Part shown: positions 8,330-16,900 of the stretch, piece by piece
Numbering within the stretch: position 1 is the stretch's first letter
Layout of the letters: the number at the start of each line of letters is the position of its first letter
IMG/VR virus record: IMGVR_UViG_3300037067_011302
Coordinates: 1 to 64,000 of that record
Source of the DNA: a virus
Taxonomy: Duplodnaviria > Caudoviricetes
Length of the DNA stretch: 64,000 nucleotides
Direction: 5' to 3' (one strand)
Notes under the pieces: generated by a model
What the model saw: only the letters and a program-made list of their open reading frames with translations
The model's database searches: none
What the model was told of the DNA's origin: nothing
Made by a program: the position numbers and the translations under genes

Positions 8330-9454
8330 TCACTTCAGAACGACGCTGAAACTCACCTTGTCGACCGACTCCGGGTGATTGCGCCACTCAACGACGAGAG
8401 GTTCACCACGAAGCGACTGCACCGCGTTCCAGTGTGTACAGTATGCGTCCATCGCTCGCTCATCAAGGGCCCTGGGTACCCCTCCGTGAGGCATCCTACA
8501 CACAACAGGTATCATCCCCACCTGCAGCGGATCGCCTCCCGAGCGGTACTTTCTGATGCCTGAGGGCACCGTCGACTCACGGACCTGGAAGAGCTCGTTG
8601 GCTCGGGTCAGGTACTCAGCAGCACTGCACTTTGACTCGACGAGGTCACGGACGGGATCCGGCGTCTCAACGAACTCTTCTAATTCCTCAAGGCGCGAAC
8701 GCGCGAACGATTCGTTGATCTTACACTCGCCGAGCGACTCATCGTCAATCGATTCAATGAGGTCCTTCAACGCCTTGAGCAACTTGTCGGAATCAACCTC
8801 AACACCTGACGTTGCCTTCAGAGAATTGACGAACGTCTTTACCGCCGTCTCCTCCCAGGTGTACTCAATGTTTCCGCCGAAGTCCTGCAACAGCTTGAAC
8901 GCCTTGTCCTTGTACCAACGATCGGAGAGCTCAGGACCCTTGTCCTGCTTCACGGCGTCGCCGAGGCGCTTCTTTCCGTACATGTCGAATGGTTCATCAA
9001 CGACCGTCGGAGCCGCGAGGCCCTCTGCGAGGCACTGCCTGTCGCAGATCTTCCTGAGAATTCTATCGTTCGGGAACTTTCGCATCATCTCACGGACCTG
9101 ATTCGCCGAAGACCGTGTTGCCGCGATGACGCGCACCTTCGACGAAGAATCATTCCTGGCGTTCTCCAACATTCGTTGTGGCACAACGCGAGCCGCGAAC
9201 GCTCTGACGTCCTGGTCCTTGTGAACAGTCAGGCGTCGTAGCAAATTTTCATCGACGGCAACAGTGACCTTTCGACCGTCAGCCGTGCCCTCATCCAACA
9301 ATCTGTTTGCACGCCGAGCTGCGGAAGCGATGTCTCGATCACGGACGGACGTTCCTGACAATCGAGCGGCACACTCATTGATCAGTGCGGTGCTCTCTTC
9401 ATCGCTGATTGCCTCGTTCACGACCCGTTGCAACGACCTAAGATTCACTTTCAT
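8330..9454 (-). CDS. Hypothetical protein with leader motif and short HEAT/LRV-like repeats
   Basis: MKVNLRSLQRVVNEAI; HKDQDVRAFAA and NDSSSKVRVIAA repeats. Confidence 0.65.
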   Translation of the reverse strand: MKVNLRSLQRVVNEAISDEESTALINECAARLSGTSVRDRDIASAARRANRLLDEGTADGRKVTVAVDENLLRRLTVHKDQDVRAFAARVVPQRMLENARNDSSSKVRVIAATRSSANQVREMMRKFPNDRILRKICDRQCLAEGLAAPTVVDEPFDMYGKKRLGDAVKQDKGPELSDRWYKDKAFKLLQDFGGNIEYTWEETAVKTFVNSLKATSGVEVDSDKLLKALKDLIESIDDESLGECKINESFARSRLEELEEFVETPDPVRDLVESKCSAAEYLTRANELFQVRESTVPSGIRKYRSGGDPLQVGMIPVVCRMPHGGVPRALDERAMDAYCTHWNAVQSLRGEPLVVEWRNHPESVDKVSFSVVLK

Positions 9455-9473
9455 GACGACTCCTAGATTCTAA

Positions 9474-9683
9474 CTAGGCACGACGGACACGACGATGCGT
9501 TCTTCTGTTGCCTGTTGACGATAGGCACATCGCCCTCGCCCACTTTGAGATCACCTTCTTGATGTCATCAGGAACGAGCATGCTTTCATCATTGTATGAT
9601 TCATCGTCCGTCAGGTCTTCATCGTACGGAGAGTTGATCGACTCGATGATGAATTCACGCAGGAGCACTATGTTGTTCTTCAC
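9474..9683 (-). CDS. Small hypothetical protein with leader motif
   Basis: LLREFIIESI. Confidence 0.55.
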   Translation of the reverse strand: MKNNIVLLREFIIESINSPYDEDLTDDESYNDESMLVPDDIKKVISKWARAMCLSSTGNRRTHRRVRRA

Positions 9684-9696
9684 ACAAACAAATATG

Positions 9697-10077
9697 TCAT
9701 TCAGAAGGCCTAACGCATGTGCAACGCACGCGAACGTGCAAATTGGTCACCTCCTCCGTTGACATGATCGAATCGGCGTTGCACTTTACGACCTCACTCT
9801 TGTGTTCAATTCTTTGAATCGCAACGATGTGTAGTTCGTCCACACACGGCAATTGTTCAGTCTCCCGGGTCGAAACGACAGCTATGGTGCCGAATGACAT
9901 TCCAATGGAGGCGACAACGATGCCCCAGAACCTATACGTTCCAGCGTCACTTACTGCCTTTGACAACTTTTTTTGAACTATGTCAAATTGTTCCCTAAGA
10001 TTGTTCAACAATTTGTCTCGTTCCACACAACCTTGACACGGCGTACTCGTGCGATATGGTGAACTAGAATCATTCAT
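9697..10077 (-). CDS. Membrane-anchored hypothetical protein (SPYR-CxxC-coiled coil-TM)
   Basis: SPYRTSTPCQGCVERD...YRFW followed by a hydrophobic segment. Confidence 0.6.
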   Translation of the reverse strand: MNDSSSPYRTSTPCQGCVERDKLLNNLREQFDIVQKKLSKAVSDAGTYRFWGIVVASIGMSFGTIAVVSTRETEQLPCVDELHIVAIQRIEHKSEVVKCNADSIMSTEEVTNLHVRVRCTCVRPSE

Positions 10078-10403
10078 AGAATTCCCACTAGTCGAAAAAT
10101 GACCAGCACGTGCACTTCAACCGCCAGCACACAGCACCAAAATCGCCACGACTTTCTACTGCACTCAGAGACGGTCAGCTTTTCGCACACATCATCGTAC
10201 TGTTTCTTGACGCTGACAAAAAATTCATCTCGTTGTAGGCAGTTAGAACACATCGCGCTCAAACGATAAGGTGAATCTTTTGTTGGTGGTAGCTTGAGAG
10301 CAATTGGTTGAGGAGGAGGTGGAGGCTTTGGATTCATGAGCATTCCGATCAACGATCCGACAAATTCGATCATCGTTAGTTCCTGCACAAAAACGTGTCC
10401 CAA
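10074..10403 (-). CDS. Membrane-anchored hypothetical protein, paralogue of 9697-10077
   Basis: SPYRLSAMCSNCLQRD...WRFW followed by a hydrophobic segment. Confidence 0.6.
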   Translation of the reverse strand: MGHVFVQELTMIEFVGSLIGMLMNPKPPPPPQPIALKLPPTKDSPYRLSAMCSNCLQRDEFFVSVKKQYDDVCEKLTVSECSRKSWRFWCCVLAVEVHVLVIFRLVGIL

Positions 10404-10906
10404 TCATCGTGCCAAGCACTCGAACGCGTCTTATCGTAGGCCAACGTGTGAGGAGGAACCTTGGGCTGCTCCAACAAAGACATGTGTGCATCCGCCAATG
10501 AGCGATCGCCCTTCTTCTTGTTGCACGGCCTACACGAGGTGACGCAGTTCGTCCAAGAGGTCACTCCACCCTTGCACCTCGGAACCACGTGATCGACCGT
10601 CGCCTCAGCGCGGCCGCACAGTTGAACTCCACAGTATTGACACGTCCATGCGTCACGGTTGAACAGGACGAGCTTGCTGAACTGCGGCACGAACCTCTTG
10701 CGCTCAATGCGCTTACGTAGCCTGATCGTCGCCGGCACGTGGACGAAGCCTTCAGCAAAGTGATACACATCGTCCCACAGTGACGCTCCATTTCCCACGT
10801 CAACAACGTCAGCGCGGTCGCACGTGATGAACTTGATCGCCCTCCTCTCGGTGACGAAGCAAAGGGGTGACCAGTCAGAATTGAGGAGCAGCGTTTTTCG
10901 ACTCAT
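10376..10906 (-). CDS. HNH endonuclease (McrA-like)
   Basis: LLLN, RDAWTCQYCG, TVDHVVPRCKGG..SWTNCVTSCRPCNKKK. Confidence 0.92.
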   Translation of the reverse strand: MSRKTLLLNSDWSPLCFVTERRAIKFITCDRADVVDVGNGASLWDDVYHFAEGFVHVPATIRLRKRIERKRFVPQFSKLVLFNRDAWTCQYCGVQLCGRAEATVDHVVPRCKGGVTSWTNCVTSCRPCNKKKGDRSLADAHMSLLEQPKVPPHTLAYDKTRSSAWHDDWDTFLCRN

Positions 10907-11747
10907 CGTGTTCCAGCGACTTCTTTTGGCGTAAAAAAAGTTCGTACATCATCGGGTTCTTATCGCCGATCAACTTCGTGTCGATATAGGGCGCAATCTG
11001 CAGCAATTGCTCATTCGTGAGCGCCGGAGCAATCTTGTGTATGAGTTGAGCGTGCTTTTCATAAAAGAACTTAGGATCCATGTGAAAGAACGCCCGGATG
11101 CTGTCAGGAAAGTCAACGCTTCCGTCAACGTACGACCTCATCAACACAAACCTCTTGATGACCTCATCGGCCAACTTCTCCTTCATTTCAGGTGATTGCT
11201 TTAGTTCACGTCTTTCAGTGTACTTGTGAATCCTCGTGAACAACCACACTGAATTCCAATCGTCAACGTGCAGTTCATTCTCCTGCTCATATGACTGCCA
11301 CCTATCATCAACGTACAATCGTTTGTCGTCGAACGCCGCCTTGACGTTCACGAAGTCGAACGTGTCGAGCACCTCGGCGACCGAACCACGAAACGCAGTG
11401 ATCACCTGCGCTTGGCGATTGATGTAAACGTTGAACGCGGAGTTCGTGATTGACTCCGACACACGCATTGAATTTGAACTGAGCCAACGCTTGAAATCAT
11501 CGAGGTCCAGTTCATTCTTGAAGTAAATGTCGACATCACCATCGAAATGATCATCGAATGACTCTCCGAAAAATACGTGGCGCGCGAGGTGTCTGGCAAA
11601 CCCTCCGGCAACGAACCCTCCTCGATCGAACACGTTCTTCAAGACGGTACGAGTCATCGCTGTGTTCAACGTAGTTTTATGACGACTGGGATTATCGTCA
11701 CGAAACGTGATTGAATCAAAGTCAAACTGTTGTTCGACTAACATCAC
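10875..11747 (-). CDS. Pol-beta-superfamily nucleotidyltransferase-like protein
   Basis: VAGGFAR...GDVDIYF...VLDTFDF, like CCA/poly(A) polymerase head motifs. Confidence 0.7.
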   Translation of the reverse strand: MMLVEQQFDFDSITFRDDNPSRHKTTLNTAMTRTVLKNVFDRGGFVAGGFARHLARHVFFGESFDDHFDGDVDIYFKNELDLDDFKRWLSSNSMRVSESITNSAFNVYINRQAQVITAFRGSVAEVLDTFDFVNVKAAFDDKRLYVDDRWQSYEQENELHVDDWNSVWLFTRIHKYTERRELKQSPEMKEKLADEVIKRFVLMRSYVDGSVDFPDSIRAFFHMDPKFFYEKHAQLIHKIAPALTNEQLLQIAPYIDTKLIGDKNPMMYELFLRQKKSLEHDESKNAAPQF

Positions 11748-12559
11748 TTCACACCCACGATCCCGGCAAACGCCGGAGCGCCGTATTCAGCACCGCCCAC
11801 GTCAACGCGTAGATTCTTCGTGATGTTTCCCGACCACGCACCGTGAGTGTGACCGCACAGCACGCGGAACGCAATTCTGGGATACGTACGGGATGCCTCG
11901 AGCAGCACATTTCCCATCGTCCTCGACGTAAAGAACGGCATGGCCTCAGCGTCACCCTGGCTGCCGTTATAGACGTGTGCCTCAGGGAACGGTGGAACGT
12001 GTGTTGCAACGATCACCTCCTTGCTGTACCTGGCACATGCCTTGATTCCGTTGACGACGTGTGCCGCGGCCTGAGCAGCGAGCGTCCTTGACACCTCTTG
12101 GATCGTTGAACGATCGGGAAACATTCCTCGACGTTTTACAGTGTACTCACCGATTGACGTCCAATCGTTGAGCGTCATGTCACTGTTGACGTTGCCGTTC
12201 AGGACGTCGTACCACCCGTCGTGACCGACGAGCGACGTTGTGGACGATAGCTGGACGTATGGAGTGTTCGGCAGGTAGCGAGCGTACTGCGACATTCCGT
12301 CAAGCTCTCGCATTGCCTTGTGAACGTCCTCGACCGATGAGCCCCAGAAATCATGGTTGCCGAGCACGTAGTAGATCGGCTTTTCGATGATCTTCTCCAG
12401 CGCGGAAATGTAGTACACCAGAACGTTCGAGGTCGCGATGTCGCCTGTGATGATCACGCCGGAAGAACGAGCGTCACGAACTCGTTCTGCAAACGCAATG
12501 AACTCATTGTTGTCGATGAAGTTGAAGTGCAGGTCCGTCAGCCAGATGTAGTCGTTCAC
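11744..12559 (-). CDS. Calcineurin-like metallophosphoesterase
   Basis: TDLH, TGDI, LGNHD, THVPP, CGHTH. Confidence 0.92.
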   Translation of the reverse strand: MNDYIWLTDLHFNFIDNNEFIAFAERVRDARSSGVIITGDIATSNVLVYYISALEKIIEKPIYYVLGNHDFWGSSVEDVHKAMRELDGMSQYARYLPNTPYVQLSSTTSLVGHDGWYDVLNGNVNSDMTLNDWTSIGEYTVKRRGMFPDRSTIQEVSRTLAAQAAAHVVNGIKACARYSKEVIVATHVPPFPEAHVYNGSQGDAEAMPFFTSRTMGNVLLEASRTYPRIAFRVLCGHTHGAWSGNITKNLRVDVGGAEYGAPAFAGIVGVK

Positions 12560-12568
12560 GTTCGTCTC

Positions 12569-13240
12569 CTAGTCAAAGAGGCCATAGCCCCCAATGTTAA
12601 CCAATCCTATTTCATTATCAGCCTCAATCACGAGCTCTTTGTCACCGCTCTCAACAATGTCGATCCAAGTCTCAACGTACGACCAAGGCTCTAGGTCAAC
12701 GTAGTCGACGACGTTTCCATCGTCGTCCGGCATGTCCCAGTTCCAGTCCTCGTCAAACTTCACGCCGCCGGCAACGAGCGCATCGTACTGCTTCTTCGTG
12801 ATCTTCTTTTCTCTGTATTCACGCGCGATCGTCTTGACGAAGTCAAATCCAATCTTCTTCGTCGCGACCTCGTACGCTCGCATGACGTCCTCGTAGGGCT
12901 TGTTGGCACGGATGAGAAATTTCTCGTTCTTCTCGTGTCCAAATCCTCCGGCACCGACCGCGACGTGGAAGAGGAACTTCATCTTTGACTTCTTTGATGA
13001 ACTCCTTTCATCATGCGCTTTCTGCCTCGCAATGTTCTCTTCCATCCTCGTTTGGACTGTGACAGCAAAGCACTCATTGTAGTTGCGTCCATCATGAGGA
13101 GACTTCCAGTACTCTTCATCGTCAAGAAGATTAGACTCCGCGAGTCCCTCCTTGACGAGGATCCACCCACTTACCTTGAGATAGTTGCTTCGTGCTTTGT
13201 GGAGGTCTTCCTGTAAGACCACACAAGGTTTCTTTTTCAC
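12569..13240 (-). CDS. Hypothetical protein
   Basis: 223-aa ORF overlapping the stop of the upstream gene. Confidence 0.65.
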   Translation of the reverse strand: MKKKPCVVLQEDLHKARSNYLKVSGWILVKEGLAESNLLDDEEYWKSPHDGRNYNECFAVTVQTRMEENIARQKAHDERSSSKKSKMKFLFHVAVGAGGFGHEKNEKFLIRANKPYEDVMRAYEVATKKIGFDFVKTIAREYREKKITKKQYDALVAGGVKFDEDWNWDMPDDDGNVVDYVDLEPWSYVETWIDIVESGDKELVIEADNEIGLVNIGGYGLFD

Positions 13241-13806
13241 GTTGTCACCTCTTGAATGATCTGATCCCAGTCGCTCACTCGCTTCGTTCCGACAGTCATT
13301 GCGAATTCGTTGTCCTCATTCCAAGGCCTCGTCCACAACAACGCCGTCCCGCTTAAATTTCCACTGAGCCAGTCTGCACAGTTCTCCGCGAGGTCGTCGA
13401 TGATGAAATCTCCGCTGACGTATCGCTTCGTCCTCGTCATGACGATGCGCTCGTGAGGAACATTGAAGTACCTCTTGAGCCACTGCGTCCTCTCAAGGGC
13501 CCACGGAAGTGACTGCATCGGTGAGGTGACGATAACTACCTCAGCCTCCAACGAGAGCCTCCTGAGGCCATCCTGAGCCCCCGAGTACGGTATCATGCCA
13601 CTACACCATCCGCCCCTGGTGACGAGGTCAAAGAACTGTGCCTCGAGGTACTCGTACTTCAGGCACTCAAATGCGTTCCAACCTCTGACTTCGTCGACTG
13701 TGTGTGACATTCCCGTGCGTTCATTGATGAAGTCGATGCACGGCGTCATGAAGTCGGCGAGGATCCCATCACAGTCAACGAGCACACGCTTCTTATCCTT
13801 GATCAT
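13237..13806 (-). CDS. 5'(3')-deoxyribonucleotidase, HAD/NT5C family
   Basis: VDCDGILADF, IVTSP, K...GDFIIDD, PWN. Probable start ATG 13806. Confidence 0.88.
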   Translation of the reverse strand: MIKDKKRVLVDCDGILADFMTPCIDFINERTGMSHTVDEVRGWNAFECLKYEYLEAQFFDLVTRGGWCSGMIPYSGAQDGLRRLSLEAEVVIVTSPMQSLPWALERTQWLKRYFNVPHERIVMTRTKRYVSGDFIIDDLAENCADWLSGNLSGTALLWTRPWNEDNEFAMTVGTKRVSDWDQIIQEVTT

Positions 13807-13872
13807 GTGTTGATTGTCAACCATGTGTGCGCACAGTTCACTGAATGCATCGGAACGCAAAGTGATGTCAAT

Positions 13873-13911
13873 AAAACAAAAAGGATCCCAAGCGTAGCCT
13901 GCCTGGGACCC
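13873..13911 (-). terminator. Intrinsic terminator closing the protein plus ncRNA unit
   Basis: Minus strand GGGTCCCAGGC...GCTTGGGATCC hairpin followed by TTTTTGTTTT. Confidence 0.85.
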
Positions 13912-13943
13912 ATGTCTTTTTTCAACTTTTTAACGGTTGAACC

Positions 13944-14132
13944 GCCGATTCTTGAGAAGGGCACTGCACTTTTAATCCAGAAGATCAGCCCTTAGATGCG
14001 TCCGCTCTACCTTTGAACTACCGGGTCATTCTATCAAACCAGCTTTCGCGGTGGCGACCCAGGAGGGAATTGAACCCACATTGACGCACAATATTTCAGT
14101 CCTCTGGAACTCGATCAGTACCTCATTTCGAC
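13944..14132 (-). ncRNA. Circularly permuted tRNA-like RNA B (YrlA/Y-RNA-like); tRNA core 13997-14088
   Basis: Order on minus strand: TGCGTC, T arm (TTCAATT loop), CTGGGTC-G-CCA, linker, GACCCGG-TA, D arm GTTCAAAGGTAGAGC, GACGCA. Extended by TCCAGAGGA/TCTTCTGGA, GGTACTG/CAGTGCC and GTCGA/TCGGC helices. Confidence 0.85.
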
Positions 14133-14144
14133 TTAATAAACCTG

Positions 14145-14284
14145 TTGCAATAGCCTCAGGTTAACTGCCACCGTGCCTCTGCCAGTTGGGCTACTCCCCC
14201 ATAGTTCGGTGGGGGAATCAGGATTCGAACCTGAACCTTTCGGTGGTGTTGTGAGCATCAAGTTGAATCGTTCAACCTGTGCAA
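14145..14284 (-). ncRNA. Circularly permuted tRNA-like RNA A (YrlA/Y-RNA-like); tRNA core 14168-14246
   Basis: Order on minus strand: CCACCG, T arm TCAGG-TTCGAAT-CCTGA, TTCCCCC-A, short loop, GGGGGAG-TA, D arm GCCCAACTGGCAGAGGC, CGGTGG. Outer helices CAGGTT/AACCTG and TTGCA/TGCAA. Confidence 0.85.
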
Positions 14285-14293
14285 CTTGCTCGG

Positions 14294-15025
14294 TCACCCG
14301 AACAAGAATCTGAAGACCTGGGCGCCGACCTTCATCGGTTCCACGGTCCGTGAATTACATTCCTCACGTGCAAACTTCACCGCACGTTGGAGCTGCTCGA
14401 CACGGTCGAGCATCTGAGTGATCACCGTCGCCGGGAGCGCACCAGAAAACTTCACAGTCCTCCACGTGCCGACCGGCTTGTCCTCAAAGCCCTCCTTGAC
14501 CTGAGCTGCGTGCTTGTCGGTCGCCGGAGCAAGGACGAGAGGCGTAAACACCTTCTTCGTCCTGACGGTATCGTTCGGCTTTGACACGTAGGAGCCAACG
14601 TTTGGCTCGTAGGTCCACTCCTCCGACGGATCGAGGACGGGAAGCTTTGAGACGAACGTGTGAATGTCAACGAGCTTCTTCTCGAGGAAGAGCAGGTACG
14701 TGACAGGAACCGCCTTCGCGATCGTGACATCGCCGACGACGACGTCCGCTGAGGCAACACAGTTACCCCAATCCTTCGTCGCTGTGACGTCGAACAGGTC
14801 GACCATGACCTTCGTCACGTCCTTGATCAGGTCACTGACGTTGAGCTGAACCTTCGACGTCTCAGCCGGAAGCTGCTCACCCATCTCATCGTTGGGTCGA
14901 TATGCACGAGAGATGCCGGTCGTCAGTGCACCCTTCTGCATTTTCCGATAAGCTTCAGTGATGCCGACGTGGGCCTTGTTCTTGATTGCCTTCTCGACGG
15001 CGATAATTTGACACAACTTCGTCAT
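14294..15025 (-). CDS. Uncharacterised protein (MTKLxQIIAVEK type) directly upstream of the tRNA-like RNAs
   Basis: ATG 15025 with GAGGAAG RBS; VPVTYLLFLEK, LPVLDP, ATDKH.AQV, KFSGA, AVKFAREE. Resembles a conserved hypothetical I recall from bacteria and phages; accession not verified. Confidence 0.8.
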   Translation of the reverse strand: MTKLCQIIAVEKAIKNKAHVGITEAYRKMQKGALTTGISRAYRPNDEMGEQLPAETSKVQLNVSDLIKDVTKVMVDLFDVTATKDWGNCVASADVVVGDVTIAKAVPVTYLLFLEKKLVDIHTFVSKLPVLDPSEEWTYEPNVGSYVSKPNDTVRTKKVFTPLVLAPATDKHAAQVKEGFEDKPVGTWRTVKFSGALPATVITQMLDRVEQLQRAVKFAREECNSRTVEPMKVGAQVFRFLFG

Positions 15026-15105
15026 TTGCTTCTTCCTCGTTTCCTCACCTGAGTTCAAGGTAAGCTGTCACACTCACCCGATCACTTTCATTTTTCGTTT
15101 TGAAA

Positions 15106-15531
15106 TCACTCAACGAGGTGTGCCCGTGGCTTGTAGTCTTCACTAAGCGAAATGGTGATCGTCAGCACGCCATCCTCGTGCTTTGCTCTGAGCGATGAAG
15201 CGTCGTAGCCATCGCGTGGTTGGAACTGACAGTGTTTATCAACACCCTTTTTCTTCCACGAAACATTGATCAAGTGTGCGGCCGACTTCACGATGATGTC
15301 CTGCTTCTTCACGCCTGGAAGTTCCAACTTGTACAAGAGATCGTCCTTCTCATCAAGATAACACTCAATAACAGTTTCCGGTTCAGACGGAGTCAATTGA
15401 CGGTGTTGTCGAAGTCGCTCACTCCATTCTTCAAGTTCAAGCACTCTTCTATTGTCACGCTTGATCTCTTCGCGAATACAAGTCCAACCCGAACCATTCC
15501 ACCCATTCCAACCAAACGTATTTCCGCTCAT
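15106..15531 (-). CDS. Small heat-shock protein (Hsp20/alpha-crystallin)
   Basis: LELPGVKKQDI...AKHEDGVLTITI; AAGGAG RBS. Confidence 0.85.
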   Translation of the reverse strand: MSGNTFGWNGWNGSGWTCIREEIKRDNRRVLELEEWSERLRQHRQLTPSEPETVIECYLDEKDDLLYKLELPGVKKQDIIVKSAAHLINVSWKKKGVDKHCQFQPRDGYDASSLRAKHEDGVLTITISLSEDYKPRAHLVE

Positions 15532-15605
15532 GTATCTCTCAACTCCTTCGCTGACTGATATAAATCACTTTTGGCGCTCGAAAACTGGCCGACACACTTT
15601 TTTCA

Positions 15606-16229
15606 TCACCGCGAACGAGCGATCCAATTCTCTGCCGCCGCGATGAGCCTGACGTGCGCATGTTGCAGAATGCACCGCCAATCCTCGTCATGCAGCGGCT
15701 TGAGACCCAACACGTTCGTCAGGACCGACCAACGCTTTGGCCTACCGACTCGCAACAGTTCTGGATTGAGGATGAACAGCTTCATTGCCTCCGCAAACGA
15801 TTCGTCGATGTTGGGTTCGTACGATGACACCTGAGGCTCGTGCTTCCTGACGTCGTTCATGAGCCTCACGATCTCAACACGGCCCACTCGTCCGAGCTCC
15901 AACATATTCTGCACGTGGTGACCGACCTCGTGTGCAAGGACGCCAGGTGCCGTCAGGTCAGCCTTGTAGCCTGTGAACGACCAGCTGAATCCAGGCGTCT
16001 TGACGGGTGGAAGCGATGCCTTCAGGTTGACGTAGATCTGTCTCGTTCCCGAGTCATAGAAGCCCCTGCCCGTCCAGTTCTCATCGCACGTGCCTTCGGC
16101 GTGAGTGATGAGATCGGAGTAGTCCTCAAGTTCATTATGAATGAGGAACTCATCAACGTATTTCATCGCAACATCGAGCGCTGATGACTTGTCATAATCG
16201 TTCGGATCGACAATGATTGGCACAACCAT
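15606..16229 (-). CDS. Zincin-like metallopeptidase-domain protein
   Basis: AHEVGHH...ESFAE. Probable start ATG 16229. Confidence 0.65.
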   Translation of the reverse strand: MVVPIIVDPNDYDKSSALDVAMKYVDEFLIHNELEDYSDLITHAEGTCDENWTGRGFYDSGTRQIYVNLKASLPPVKTPGFSWSFTGYKADLTAPGVLAHEVGHHVQNMLELGRVGRVEIVRLMNDVRKHEPQVSSYEPNIDESFAEAMKLFILNPELLRVGRPKRWSVLTNVLGLKPLHDEDWRCILQHAHVRLIAAAENWIARSR

Positions 16230-16266
16230 GATCTGATCAGACCACGGCCGTGTCGACGAATCACCG

Positions 16267-16638
16267 TCAATATCCGGACGTGATGCGCTCGACGTTCGTG
16301 CGACCCTTCTCGAGGTAGACGTCGACGAGCTCATCGAGCGTGATACCGGCGAACATCAACGACTCAAAGTAGAGGTGCAGCACGTCGACCATCTCCTCGA
16401 GGTATGCGTCCCTGTCGACGTCGTTGATCTCAGTCACGCGGTGCATCTTGACGTTCTTGAGGTGTTGGTTCGCCTCGAACAATTCCTTCATGATGTGAAA
16501 CGTGAGCGACTCGAGGAATTGTTGACCGCTCTTCGACTTGATGTCGACAGGATCAGTGGGAAAATTTCGCTCCTTCTGCAACAACTTGACGAACTCTCGT
16601 TGCTGGTCCCACAGTGTCTTTAGGCGATCTTCGTCCAT
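16267..16638 (-). CDS. All-alpha NTP pyrophosphatase (dimeric dUTPase/MazG-like)
   Basis: ELFEA...K.H...EEMVDVLH...YLEK...NVER. Start ATG 16638. Confidence 0.8.
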   Translation of the reverse strand: MDEDRLKTLWDQQREFVKLLQKERNFPTDPVDIKSKSGQQFLESLTFHIMKELFEANQHLKNVKMHRVTEINDVDRDAYLEEMVDVLHLYFESLMFAGITLDELVDVYLEKGRTNVERITSGY

Positions 16639-16639
16639 G

Positions 16640-16900
16640 TCAGTCAACCATGATGAGAGGATTCTTCTCGCGAGCCTCGCGTTCCTTCTGTAACTTTTCG
16701 GCCTTCGCCTCGAGCTTCTTGTGCCACTCGGCAACGTGAGCCGAATATTCGCTCGTGAGCTCGAGGTTCCCGTCACCGTTCGGATCGTGGAGCCTCACCA
16801 TTCGCATGAGGTCTGCACCGTCGAGGCCGAGCAACAGCGACTCCTGAAAGATCTGAACGAATCTACGCAAAACGTTGTCACTTAATTTCATCATCTTCAA
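16640..16900 (-). CDS. Small hypothetical protein
   Basis: Tightly packed in the operon; C-terminal coiled coil. Confidence 0.65.
   Translation of the reverse strand: MKMMKLSDNVLRRFVQIFQESLLLGLDGADLMRMVRLHDPNGDGNLELTSEYSAHVAEWHKKLEAKAEKLQKEREAREKNPLIMVD

Noticed and set aside
13997-14246. Ordinary or intron-containing tRNA genes (5' half of A joined to 3' half of B)
   Set aside because: Acceptor and anticodon-stem strands do not pair across units, and neither unit has an anticodon loop.
13944-14284. Permuted tmRNA
   Set aside because: Full D stems are present, there is no G3:U70 pair and no tag reading frame is evident.
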